Part shown: positions 1 through 8,449 of the stretch, piece by piece
Numbering within the stretch: the first letter of the stretch is position 1
How the letters are laid out: each line of letters opens with the position of its first letter
NCBI GenBank assembly: GCA_023255625.1
Contig: JAHFLF010000003.1
Span: 2,105 to 66,104, forward strand
Source of the DNA: Candidatus Harrisonbacteria bacterium
GTDB lineage: Bacteria > Patescibacteriota > Minisyncoccia > UBA6257 > 1-14-0-10-44-23
Direction of reading: 5' to 3'
Length of the DNA: 64,000 nt
Notes under the pieces: model-generated
What the model saw: only the letters and a program-made list of their open reading frames with translations
Databases searched by the model: none
Told to the model about the DNA's origin: nothing
Position numbers and translations under genes: made by a program

Positions 1-492
1 CCGCGCTTTGCAGGCAAGCGGCTCTCTAATGCTCTGGCAATCCTAGCCATTCACCAACTAAAAAAACTAGAACGGTTTAACACGCATCGTCAAAAAACCG
101 CCGCACTATATCAGGAACTTCTTAGCCCTCTCTTTGTCTCCCACCAACTAACTAGCCAACTAGCTAATTTACCCGCCGCGGCGGGCCGACTAACTGATAA
201 GCCCATTTGGCTACGCTATACTATCTGGACTGACCACGCTGATCGAGTAAAGACGGAGTGCGCAAAACAAGGCATACTTTCGGGCGACTGGTATGATACC
301 CCAATCGCGCCGCGCGGCGTCAGCTATGAAAGAATCGGCTACAAACTTGGCAGCTGTCCGGTCGCAGAAAAAATAGCGGCGCGAACTATCAATCTGCCAA
401 CTGATATTCATATTTCAGAAAACGACGCGCAAAAAATCTGTAATATCATAACCACATTCTATGGAAACAGCAATACACCCACTAAACGATAA
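1..492 (+). CDS. DegT/DnrJ/EryC1/StrS-family aminotransferase, C-terminal part (5' end lies outside the window)
   Basis: Frame 1 is open from nt 1 to the TAA at 490-492. The translation ...WYDTPIAPRGVSYERIGYKLGSCPVAEKIAARTINLPT... matches the C-terminal region of sugar aminotransferases. It contains an in-frame QLTSQLANL segment encoded by the CAACTAACTAGCCAAC repeat. Confidence 0.55.
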   Translation, partial: PRFAGKRLSNALAILAIHQLKKLERFNTHRQKTAALYQELLSPLFVSHQLTSQLANLPAAAGRLTDKPIWLRYTIWTDHADRVKTECAKQGILSGDWYDTPIAPRGVSYERIGYKLGSCPVAEKIAARTINLPTDIHISENDAQKICNIITTFYGNSNTPTKR

Positions 493-1489
493 AAAAATCT
501 GGGACGATTTTGTCGGCGGCGTGCAGCCCAACACCTTTTTGCACTCCTGGCAGTGGGGTGAGTTCAATCAGGCGACCCAGCATGAGATACACCGTTTTGG
601 TATTTATGGAGGCGAATCCCTCCTCGCCGTCGCCCTAATATTATATGTTCGCGCTCGCCGCGGTCATTTTCTTTTCTGCCCGCACGGACCTATCTTCAAA
701 AACGATGTCGACGCGCCAGAAGTCATGGCCGCGCTCACGGACCGACTCGTAGATCTCGCTAAAGAAAAAAAGTGTGTACTGATCCGCATCAGCCCGCTGC
801 TGCCACCAACCAAACAGAACGATGAATTATTTTTCCAGCTCGGCTACCGCAACGCGCCAATCCACATGGCCCATCCAGAGCTCGGCTGGATTCTTGATCT
901 CACGGCGACCGAAGACAAGCTGCTTGCCGGCATGCGCAAAACCACGCGTTATTCGATCAAAAAAGCCGAGAAGGACGGAGTCACGGTGACAATGAGCACG
1001 GACAGTAAAGATGTCGAAACTTTCTGGCAGGTTTACCAGACCACTTTCGCTAGGCAGCACTTCACTCCTTTTTCTAAAGATTATCTGCGCGCTGAATTCG
1101 AAACATTCGCGCGGGATAACAATGCCGCGCTGTTCTTCGCGCATTACAAAGGAGATGTCACCGCCACCGCCCTGATCATTTTCGATGAACACAGTGCTTA
1201 TTACCACCACGCCGCCACAACCCAGAAACACGCCGGCCTCACTGATGCCCAGCTGCTGCAATGGCACATTATTCAAGAAGCAAAGCGCCGCGGCTGCTCA
1301 CAATACAACTTCTGGGGGGTAGTACCCGAGGACGGCAAAAGGCACCCCTGGACCGGTCTTTCGATCTTCAAGCGCGGCTTTGGCGGGCGCGAAGAGGCGT
1401 ATGTCCACGCCAAAGACCTAGTTCTCTCGCCACGATACTGGCTAACATATACAATTGAGATGACTAGGCGCTGGAAACGCCGACTTTAA
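461..1489 (+). CDS. FemAB-family peptidoglycan bridge-formation (aminoacyltransferase) protein
   Basis: 342 aa. Segments GIYGGESLLAVALILYVRARRGHFLFCPHGPIF and AHYKGDVTATALIIFDEHSAYYHHAATTQ..NFWGV resemble FemX/FemA/MurM GNAT-fold proteins. It overlaps the DegT stop by 32 nt. Confidence 0.65.
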   Translation: METAIHPLNDKKIWDDFVGGVQPNTFLHSWQWGEFNQATQHEIHRFGIYGGESLLAVALILYVRARRGHFLFCPHGPIFKNDVDAPEVMAALTDRLVDLAKEKKCVLIRISPLLPPTKQNDELFFQLGYRNAPIHMAHPELGWILDLTATEDKLLAGMRKTTRYSIKKAEKDGVTVTMSTDSKDVETFWQVYQTTFARQHFTPFSKDYLRAEFETFARDNNAALFFAHYKGDVTATALIIFDEHSAYYHHAATTQKHAGLTDAQLLQWHIIQEAKRRGCSQYNFWGVVPEDGKRHPWTGLSIFKRGFGGREEAYVHAKDLVLSPRYWLTYTIEMTRRWKRRL

Positions 1490-1492
1490 AAA

Positions 1493-2281
1493 ATGAAACC
1501 TAAATCTCAATCGCAACGAAAATTTTTCCGACGGATCCGTTGGTATGCAATTATTGGCGGCGTAATACTGCTTGTCTTGCTGCTTGCGTTATTAGTTGTT
1601 AGATCACCATTTTTTAAGATAAATGAAATGATTGTCGTCGGCGTACCGTCAGAACTGCAGACAAAAATTATTGCCGAGCTGACGATCAACATTCTTCGCA
1701 TTCCGCGTTCTGCAATACTTGGGCCCGATAATTATTTTAGCTGGCCGGAAAAATTTCCATATACCGCCGATGAGGCAACGATGATTTCTATCAAAAAAGA
1801 CCTTTTTGACCGAAAGATTACTTTGACCGTAACGCCGCGCCAGCGATATGCGGTCTGGTGTCAGGGGCAACCGGAGGAATCCTTAAATTGTTTCTGGATT
1901 GATCAACTCGGAGTTATTTTTGAATCAGCGCCAATTGCAGATGGGCAATTAGTCCGGACGATTTATTCTGCGAGTCCAATTGGCCGCCCACTAACCGGGA
2001 CGCCTATATTAGCTCAAGAGATTTTTTCCGTAATTAAAAAAACGCTCGATGGATTATCTTCACTAGATATCGGTCTAGAAAAAATTGAATACAAGCAATC
2101 GCTACAGGAATTGCATCTGATAACCTCTGGCGGCACATTGCTCATGATCAGCACCCGCTTTGACCCCTCACCAACTGTTTTGCCGTCAATTCGCCGGCTT
2201 AGCTCTAACCCCGGGTTAGATAAATTAACTTATATAAATTTGACCGTCGAGAATCGGGCGTATGTGAAGTACCGGCAATAG
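1493..2281 (+). CDS. FtsQ/DivIB-like cell division protein (basic N-terminus, one TM, POTRA-like region)
   Basis: 262 aa. Basic cytoplasmic N-terminus, a single TM helix (AIIGGVILLVLLLALLVV), then SPFFKINEMIVVGVP typical of the FtsQ POTRA start. It starts 3 nt after the FemAB-like stop. Confidence 0.4.
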   Translation: MKPKSQSQRKFFRRIRWYAIIGGVILLVLLLALLVVRSPFFKINEMIVVGVPSELQTKIIAELTINILRIPRSAILGPDNYFSWPEKFPYTADEATMISIKKDLFDRKITLTVTPRQRYAVWCQGQPEESLNCFWIDQLGVIFESAPIADGQLVRTIYSASPIGRPLTGTPILAQEIFSVIKKTLDGLSSLDIGLEKIEYKQSLQELHLITSGGTLLMISTRFDPSPTVLPSIRRLSSNPGLDKLTYINLTVENRAYVKYRQ

Positions 2282-2365
2282 TTAATTAGTTAGCTGGTTA
2301 GTTTGTTAGTTAGCAGAAACTCAACCCACCAACTAACTAGCTAACCAAGTAACGAACTAACCATG
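2281..2365. repeat. Imperfect hairpin array of TTAGTTAG / CTAACTAA units (member of the CAACTAACTAGC repeat family)
   Basis: gttaattagttagctggttagtttgttagttagc ... caccaactaactagctaaccaagtaacgaactaacc. The two arms are reverse complements built from TTAGTT units, and every frame contains TAG/TAA. It follows the FtsQ-like stop. Confidence 0.6.
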
Positions 2366-2803
2366 CTAACCTTTCCCAAAGACACCGCGCAAATTAGCTG
2401 GACGCGCCACATCAAAAACAAGATGGTTTTTTATCATTTAAGCGGAGCGCAAATTTTGCGCATTTTTCGTAAGCCGGACAGGCGTGAGGAGGGGATAGCG
2501 CCGCAAACAATCGCAGCGATGCAGACTAAGGTCGCAAATCGCATATCGCAAAGCGCAAATCGTCTAAATCAAAAACCGAGAGGGGAGGAAATTTGGATAA
2601 TGTACCGAATTAACTCAAAACAAATAACTCATAACAAACAACTGAAACAGGAGTCTCCGTTATTAGTTATGAGTGATAAGTCATTAGTTAATAAGAGTCG
2701 TGTGACTCTTATTTCCGCCTGGCGCTACCCCGGCACCACCAAGCCCGGCGAACGACCACCAATTCCGGAGGATGTGCTCGCGGAGCTTGAAAGTATCGGC
2801 TAA
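2363..2803 (+). CDS. hypothetical protein (C-terminus WRYPGTTKPGERPPIPEDVLAELESIG is encoded by the upstream copy of a direct repeat)
   Basis: 146-aa ORF with no recognisable family. Its last 27 codons lie in the ~80-bp repeat at 2705-2803, which is duplicated at 4258-4352. Confidence 0.35.
   Translation: MLTFPKDTAQISWTRHIKNKMVFYHLSGAQILRIFRKPDRREEGIAPQTIAAMQTKVANRISQSANRLNQKPRGEEIWIMYRINSKQITHNKQLKQESPLLVMSDKSLVNKSRVTLISAWRYPGTTKPGERPPIPEDVLAELESIG
2705..2803. repeat. Direct repeat copy 1 (~80 bp) flanking the HEHEH gene
   Basis: ctggcgctaccccggcaccaccaagcccggcgaacgaccaccaattccggaggatgt... is repeated with few mismatches at 4258-4352. Confidence 0.7.
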
Positions 2804-2824
2804 AATAGGTATTCTTCATTCAGA

Positions 2825-4249
2825 ATGAAAGATTATTTATCGATAGAAAAGTCGGCGCAGGAAGTAATACCACAACCTCCCAAGCAAAAGGATCCCTTAA
2901 CCATGAAGGGGGCGATTAGATCTGCGAAAGACAGTCTAGTTTCGTTAGCCAAAGAACAAAACACAAAAATTAATTTACGGCTCAAAGAATATTTTTTTAA
3001 AAAAGATTTAACTCCGGAAGATTTTGAAAAACTATTAGAGTTTGATTTCCAAGACGAACTGAACGACAATCCTCCTGTTGAGGGAACAAGATGGGAGAGG
3101 CACCATATAAAGTTTTTCCCATTCAGCATAGAAATTGATAGGATCAAAAAACTGCCCCGCGAAGAAAAAAGGATTGCGCTTGAAGAACTAAAAGACAAGC
3201 TAGCACGGCAAAGAAAAGCGCTGGCAATGTGCCGTGTTTTTCTGGAGCGATGTATTGAATTTAACAATGACTACCCGCTAGAAAAACTTCATATAATCGT
3301 TAATAAATTCCAAGAAAGCTACGGCTTCAATGATGACCAAAAATGGAGCTTTCATGATGCGATCAGTAAATACAGTAATAATCGCCAAAAAGTTCTTGCA
3401 GCGCGCAACGAATTCCAAAATGACGCGGAGCTGGTAAAACACATAACTGGCATTCCCGTGAAGGATGGCACAGTCCGTGTTTCGGTCGGCCCGATGACCA
3501 TTGATATATATACAGATACTTTCACGGCTGGACAAATTTTTGATCGTTCTATAGAACCAGTCACGACCGTAAGCGGGTTTTTTAATGCGAATGGACAGGA
3601 TATCCCATTTGGAGATGGCATTGCATTTACAGTCGTCAATACTGACAACATAAAAAGCGATAAAGCCACGGCAGCAGTACTCGAACACGAGCATGAGCAC
3701 TCAAAAAATCATCTTGTATTTAAAGAATTATTCGGCATAGACGGCCGCTACGCGAAAAACGGAAAATGGGACGAAAAAAATCCACAAAAAGACTTATCTG
3801 AAGAATATGTAAAATATGCATCAGAAAAAGACCCGGATATAAAGAAGGCGCTGCTTGAATCCTGCTTCGAAGTAGAGATCCAGTATGCTCTCGAATCTGC
3901 AAAAGATGAAATAACCGCAATACTAAAGGGTAATATGTACGGCGAAGACACACTCTCCTTTCTTCAAGATAATTTCAACGGTTATTTTCTGAACGGCGAA
4001 CATAACCATTACGATTATTTAAGAGAATTAAGAAATCGAGAAGATCAAAAAGATAATCCGGATTGGCAAGAACTGTCTCGTAAAATTCTTATCGACGAAT
4101 ACGCTTCAATTTTAACAAAAGCAGTCGAGGCAATTACACTGCTCATCAAACAAGGAAAATACTCTATTCAGGAAAGCATCGCGCTTCTGACCGATAAACC
4201 GATTGTCGAATGGCCCAAGACGGTTAAAAGAATGCTTGATGCTAAATAG
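2825..4249 (+). CDS. hypothetical AT-rich protein with an HEHEH (HExxH-type) putative zinc-metallopeptidase motif
   Basis: 474 aa with no signal peptide. Motif AAVLEHEHEHSKNHL. Visibly more AT-rich than the flanking genes. Bracketed by ~80-bp direct repeats at 2705-2803 and 4258-4352. Confidence 0.45.
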   Translation: MKDYLSIEKSAQEVIPQPPKQKDPLTMKGAIRSAKDSLVSLAKEQNTKINLRLKEYFFKKDLTPEDFEKLLEFDFQDELNDNPPVEGTRWERHHIKFFPFSIEIDRIKKLPREEKRIALEELKDKLARQRKALAMCRVFLERCIEFNNDYPLEKLHIIVNKFQESYGFNDDQKWSFHDAISKYSNNRQKVLAARNEFQNDAELVKHITGIPVKDGTVRVSVGPMTIDIYTDTFTAGQIFDRSIEPVTTVSGFFNANGQDIPFGDGIAFTVVNTDNIKSDKATAAVLEHEHEHSKNHLVFKELFGIDGRYAKNGKWDEKNPQKDLSEEYVKYASEKDPDIKKALLESCFEVEIQYALESAKDEITAILKGNMYGEDTLSFLQDNFNGYFLNGEHNHYDYLRELRNREDQKDNPDWQELSRKILIDEYASILTKAVEAITLLIKQGKYSIQESIALLTDKPIVEWPKTVKRMLDAK

Positions 4250-4257
4250 CTAGCGCG

Positions 4258-4352
4258 GATATATCGTGCTGGCGCTACCCGGGCACCACCAAACCCGGCG
4301 AACGACCACCAATTCCGGAGGATGTATTAGCTGAACTTGCCAATATTGATTA
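4258..4352. repeat. Direct repeat copy 2 (~80 bp) flanking the HEHEH gene; remnant encodes ...WRYPGTTKPGERPPIPEDVLAELANID* in frame 1
   Basis: ctggcgctacccgggcaccaccaaacccggcgaacgaccaccaattccggaggatgtattagctgaacttgccaatattgattaa. It is out of frame with the upstream gene, so it is not part of it. Confidence 0.7.
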
Positions 4353-4371
4353 AAAGGAATATGCTAAATTT

Positions 4372-4560
4372 AAACTCCAACAAGGAAAAAGTGGCAGCGT
4401 CGGTCCGACCGATGCGGTCTTCCACGCTTCGCTCCCATGCGAAGTCACTTCATCCCTAGTATCGCAAGGCGACCACTTCCTTGCGAGCGTAGACGGATCG
4501 GCGGACGGAACTCGGAAGCCGAAAGCCAATTCCGCGCACGCAGTTTTCCTTGTTGGAGCT
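4372..4560. repeat. GC-rich ~190-bp structured element closed by a perfect 15-bp inverted repeat (CTCCAACAAGGAAAA ... TTTTCCTTGTTGGAG) with internal hairpins
   Basis: The terminal inverted repeat is read directly from the sequence. Internal hairpins: CTTCGC/GCGAAG, TCGCAAGG/CCTTGCGA, CCGACCGATGCGG. It lies immediately upstream of ychF. Confidence 0.5.
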
Positions 4561-4627
4561 CTTCAGCATGTCGGGCTCGCGCACAACCTTTCTAATCAAT
4601 TGTGTTGCCGCGAGCCCTTACTTCATT

Positions 4628-5623
4628 ATGAAACTCTCCATCGGCATAGTCGGTCTGCCCAATGTCGGGAAATCTACACTCTTTAAACTGCTCACGAGCA
4701 ACGATATTTTGATTGCCAACTATCCATTCGCCACGATTGATCCGAATGTCGGCGTGGTTGCTGTTCCGGACGAACGAGTGGATAAACTGAACGAAATGAG
4801 CAAGTCAAAAAAAAGAATTCCGGCTATCGTCGAGTTTTACGACATCGCCGGACTGGTCAAGGGCGCGGCAACAGGGGAGGGGCTTGGTAATCAGTTTTTG
4901 ACGCATATTCGCGACACCAGCGCCATCGTTCAAGTACTGCGTTGCTTTGCGGGCGATGAGATTGTCCATGTTGAAAATTCTGTTGATCCAGTGCGCGACA
5001 TGGGCATCATTAACACCGAACTTGCACTCAAAGATTTAGAGACTGTTGAAAAACGGATTGTCAAAGCCAACGCCGAGGCGCGGTCAGGTAAAAAAGAGGC
5101 AATTAAAGAGGTGGAAATTCTGACGAAAGTGAAGGATGCGCTGTCGGCAGGGAAATCAATTCTTGAATTTGCATCTGATCCAACAGTAAGAGGTCTTTTC
5201 TTGCTGACCGCAAAACCAAAATTTTATTTATTGAATGGACAAGAAAGCGATGTACCGCCTGCACTCAAAGACGCTATCGCTGCAGAAAAAAGTACATATG
5301 TCGTTGCCGACCTAGCTACTGCCACAGAAATTCCGCAACTTATTCGCAAGGCCTACGAAATTCTAGGGCTTATTAGTTTTTTTACAACCGGCGAGGACGA
5401 AACACGGGCCTGGACGATCACGAAGGGGGATAAAGCCCCACAGGCCGCCGGCGTCATCCATACTGATTTTGAAAAAAAGTTTATCCGGGCGGAAACGGTT
5501 TCGTATAAAGATTTTGTTGAGTGTGGCGGCTGGTCAGCCGCCCGGTCAAAAGGCAAACTGCGTGTTGAAGGCAAAGAGTATGTAGTCGCCGACGGAGATA
5601 TTCTCGAGATCCGGCACTCGTAG
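4628..5623 (+). CDS. ychF: ribosome-binding ATPase YchF (Obg-family GTPase)
   Basis: MKLSIGIVGLPNVGKSTLF (P-loop) and a C-terminal TGS-like region. The ORF track starts at 4550, but the conserved N-terminus begins at the ATG at 4628. Confidence 0.85.
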   Translation: MKLSIGIVGLPNVGKSTLFKLLTSNDILIANYPFATIDPNVGVVAVPDERVDKLNEMSKSKKRIPAIVEFYDIAGLVKGAATGEGLGNQFLTHIRDTSAIVQVLRCFAGDEIVHVENSVDPVRDMGIINTELALKDLETVEKRIVKANAEARSGKKEAIKEVEILTKVKDALSAGKSILEFASDPTVRGLFLLTAKPKFYLLNGQESDVPPALKDAIAAEKSTYVVADLATATEIPQLIRKAYEILGLISFFTTGEDETRAWTITKGDKAPQAAGVIHTDFEKKFIRAETVSYKDFVECGGWSAARSKGKLRVEGKEYVVADGDILEIRHS

Positions 5624-5825
5624 AAGGTTGGGATTTTCGCAGACCGACACCGCCTATCTTTTTCTGCTGAAAAAGCGTCTGCTCTCGGCCCTCTTCGGGC
5701 CTGCGAGAGTGCCGCCTCGCATCAAACTTTACAGAAATTCTTCTCATTTCGGGAATAGAGAACTAATGCCAAAAAACGTGAAGGAGCAGAGCGCCCCATC
5801 ACGGACGACACTGCTCCTGTTGCTG

Positions 5826-6323
5826 CTAGCCCGGCCTAATGCCGGGGTGATCGAGGGGATCGGGTTGCCTACCCCTCCCTGGCCGACACTCTGCTGGCAC
5901 GACTAGCTGGCTGCCGAGCTGCCGAAACACATCACGAGACTCATCTGCAAGGATCAGAACGCGGCCCATGTCCGCCATCGGCTTAGTTCCAGCCGGCCAC
6001 ATCTCCCCGAGCCGGGAGTGTCGTGTATTGATGTACCCATCAACCGCGGTGGCTATCCTGGAAGAGATACCGCGAACAGACCTCTCCGGCCGGTCAAATG
6101 CGCCAGCGAACCGTAACGGACGCTCGGCCTCACCGAAGCCCCTCTGGTCCAGCATCGTGAAGAACATGGGGGCACGACCAAGGTAGGTCAGGATCGCTTC
6201 ATCATCCGAGAGCTCGACTACCGCCATGTCAAGGAGCAGCACGCCCTGGTCAATCATACGGCCAAGAAACTGCATGCCGGCAGCATACCTGCTCGGCCCG
6301 TCCAGAATGATCCACCGTGGCAT
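5826..6323 (-). CDS. hypothetical protein within a GC-rich island (coding status uncertain)
   Basis: 165-aa ORF in a ~0.7-kb high-GC segment (5630-6360). No recognisable family. Overlapping ORFs on other frames are typical of GC-rich DNA. Confidence 0.25.
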   Translation of the reverse strand: MPRWIILDGPSRYAAGMQFLGRMIDQGVLLLDMAVVELSDDEAILTYLGRAPMFFTMLDQRGFGEAERPLRFAGAFDRPERSVRGISSRIATAVDGYINTRHSRLGEMWPAGTKPMADMGRVLILADESRDVFRQLGSQLVVPAECRPGRGRQPDPLDHPGIRPG

Positions 6324-6537
6324 ACGCCACCTCTCTCTGAAGACCTTGCCCCGATGATTGGTGCGGGAGCACTCACCTCACGCCTGGCGCCAACGCGACT
6401 CCAGACGACCCCAGCATACACCGAGGGATTACAAACCTTCTTTAACCTACTCTCGAATAATTATAGCGTCAAATCCCCGTGGTATACTGTATTTATTCGC
6501 GTTATTACCTTCCCATTCGCATTATCAGCGATTACTC

Positions 6538-7518
6538 ATGGATATTGTCTTCAGTCAAATAGTTCTAGCTGGCTCAATCGCCGTGATTATCAGTCTGATT
6601 GTCCGGCGTATCGGAAAAAAATGGCTTGCCCGAGAAAATTGGGTTCGGCTTTTATTCGTTATCCCCGAAGGAACAGTCAATCCTTTGGCTGTACATGACC
6701 AACATGAAATCGCGCTTTCTGCAGAACTTTACAAGCGCTTCAAAGAGCTCGGCATCCCATTCGGGCTTGAAGTAGTAGTGCAACTGCTCGGTGAAGAAAT
6801 TTATTTTTATATTATTGTTCGCAAAACCGATGCTCACCATGCCCATCAATTAATAGAAACACTTTGGCCGACTGGATATCTAAACGAATCAGAAGATTAC
6901 GATTTGTGGAGTAGCGGCAGTACCGCAATAAACCAAGCAACAGGCGCGTATCTGACATTACGAAACCCCTATAGTATTCCGCTTAAAATGGCTTCTAAGG
7001 GCAATTTTGAGCCATTCCTGGAGCTTTTAGCTAAGCTATCCCGACTATCTCCAGTAGGCGAGGGGGCAGCTATACAAATTATTACGCGACCAGCCAGTCA
7101 ACACCTACTACAGGCCGTTGGTACATATCTGCAAAAACTTGAATCCGGTCAGTATAGCCCTTCTAAATATATTCATGAAGAATTTATCATCACACCAGAA
7201 ACCGTTAAACTCGTCAGGAAAAAAGTGAGTTCACCGCTTTTTTCTGTTAATTTTCGAATCGTAACAAGTCATTCCCGCGGCGAAGCAGTCCGAATTTTAA
7301 GGACTATCACCGACCACCTGGAGAAAAAGTCTCATGACGAGCATCAGCAATATAATGAATTTGTCGCAAAAATTCCGAAGGATCAAAAATATTTCATAAA
7401 TGAATTTTTAAGATATACATTTGAACCAGCGCAGGAGATTGTTATGAGTGCCGATGAGCTGGCTACATATTTTCATTTTCCCGGTCCAACGACTGCCGGC
7501 GCAAAGATTAAGAGATAA
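6538..7518 (+). CDS. hypothetical membrane-anchored protein
   Basis: Begins MDIVFSQIVLAGSIAVIISLIV (N-terminal TM). The upstream 60 codons of the tracked ORF lie in the GC island and were discarded. No family recognised. Confidence 0.4.
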   Translation: MDIVFSQIVLAGSIAVIISLIVRRIGKKWLARENWVRLLFVIPEGTVNPLAVHDQHEIALSAELYKRFKELGIPFGLEVVVQLLGEEIYFYIIVRKTDAHHAHQLIETLWPTGYLNESEDYDLWSSGSTAINQATGAYLTLRNPYSIPLKMASKGNFEPFLELLAKLSRLSPVGEGAAIQIITRPASQHLLQAVGTYLQKLESGQYSPSKYIHEEFIITPETVKLVRKKVSSPLFSVNFRIVTSHSRGEAVRILRTITDHLEKKSHDEHQQYNEFVAKIPKDQKYFINEFLRYTFEPAQEIVMSADELATYFHFPGPTTAGAKIKR

Positions 7519-7622
7519 TTTTCAATTCTCAATTTCTAGTTTCTAAACAATTTCCAATTTAAAAATTCAGAAATTAAAACATTGTTTGGAAATTGAAAAT
7601 TATAAATTATAAATTAATGAAC
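7519..7622. repeat. AT-rich ~100-bp repeat cassette, copy A (family shared with 57325-57435 and the 23S helix-25 insert)
   Basis: ttttcaattctcaatttctagtttctaaacaatttccaatttaaaaattcagaaattaaaacattgtttggaaattgaaaattataaattataaatt. Internal palindrome AAACAAT..ATTGTTT. A TTGAAA ... A/T-rich stretch sits just before the downstream ATG, so it is probably a promoter. Confidence 0.6.
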
Positions 7623-7624
7623 CT

Positions 7625-7963
7625 ATGGATGGCCTTCCTCAACACCACATAAGTCTGCGCAAGCGTCTGTACGGCCGGCTTGAAGCATATCCGCACCCTA
7701 ACAAACTCAAACGTCGGGTAGACGACTTAGCATATATTTTTGGTATTGCGATACCGCTTTTCACTATTCCGCAGCTCTATGAAATTTGGAGTCACCATAA
7801 TGCAGGTAATAATTCGCTTATCACCTGGGGCGCATTCAGTATCTCATCGCTGTTTTGGCTTTTTTATGGTATCCTCCACAAAGTAAAGCCCGTTATTATT
7901 AGTCAATCGTTGTGGTTTATTTTACAACTTTTGATTGTTATAGGTATTCTTCTCTATAACTAA
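7625..7963 (+). CDS. SemiSWEET / PQ-loop family small sugar transporter
   Basis: 112 aa with three predicted TM helices and the PQ motif (FTIPQLYEIWSHH). Confidence 0.5.
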   Translation: MDGLPQHHISLRKRLYGRLEAYPHPNKLKRRVDDLAYIFGIAIPLFTIPQLYEIWSHHNAGNNSLITWGAFSISSLFWLFYGILHKVKPVIISQSLWFILQLLIVIGILLYN

Positions 7964-8346
7964 TGAGTATGGAAAAATTTACAGCATCAGTCATAAGAGG
8001 AAAGGGGAGAGGCAAAAAAACAGTTGGCTTTCCGACTTTTAATTTAATCGTCCCTGAAAAACTCGTAATGAAGGAGGGCGTATATGCCTGTCTTGTTTGG
8101 ATAGATGGAAAAGAATACCGCGGCGCGATGCATTACGGGCCGACGCCAACCTTCGACGAGCAAGAAAAAGTTTTGGAAATTTTTGTTCTTAATTTTGAGG
8201 ATGGGGGACAGTCGATTGCGGAACTGAAATTCGAAGTCGGCCCATATCTGCGACCGGTTGCAACATTTCTAACACCCGAAGCTCTGCGCCACCAGATTGC
8301 CTTAGATGTACAACGGGTGCGTAAGACAAAACTTTTGATTTCTTAA
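7963..8346 (+). CDS. riboflavin kinase domain protein (RibF C-terminal-like)
   Basis: 127 aa. GKGRGKKTVGFPTFNL ... GVYACLVWIDGKEYRGAMHYGPTPTF ... LEIFVLNFE ... matches riboflavin kinase motifs. Confidence 0.65.
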   Translation: MSMEKFTASVIRGKGRGKKTVGFPTFNLIVPEKLVMKEGVYACLVWIDGKEYRGAMHYGPTPTFDEQEKVLEIFVLNFEDGGQSIAELKFEVGPYLRPVATFLTPEALRHQIALDVQRVRKTKLLIS

Positions 8347-8350
8347 TCAT

Positions 8351-8422
8351 ACATTGGCCGGTTTTGTTTTTCAGCACTCCGTTTACGGTGAGCCCGTGCT
8401 GGAAAACAAAATCGGCCAATGT
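8351..8422. terminator. Bidirectional terminator hairpin (~30-bp stem) between convergent genes
   Basis: catacattggccggttttgtttttcagcac ... gtgctggaaaacaaaatcggccaatgtatg is a near-perfect inverted repeat with a T-run and an A-run. Confidence 0.55.
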
Positions 8423-8449
8423 ATGGAAAAATATAAATTGGCTATTAAA

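Noticed and set aside
827-1276. 149-aa ORF antisense to the FemAB-family gene; similarly 17342..17923 antisense to the amidohydrolase, 12307..12588 antisense to gltX, and 54271..54483 and other nested ORFs
   Set aside because: Each is fully contained on the opposite strand of a well-supported gene, with no independent signals.
4550-4627. N-terminal extensions of tracked ORFs: ychF from 4550, gltX from 13443 (TTG), M16 peptidase from 30208, recO from 35649, the 6358 ORF, the 19073 ORF, and the LAGLIDADG gene from 61863
   Set aside because: The conserved protein N-termini begin at internal ATGs. The extensions run through GC-rich spacer, terminator hairpins, the 5S rRNA or tRNA-Leu, so the starts were moved downstream.
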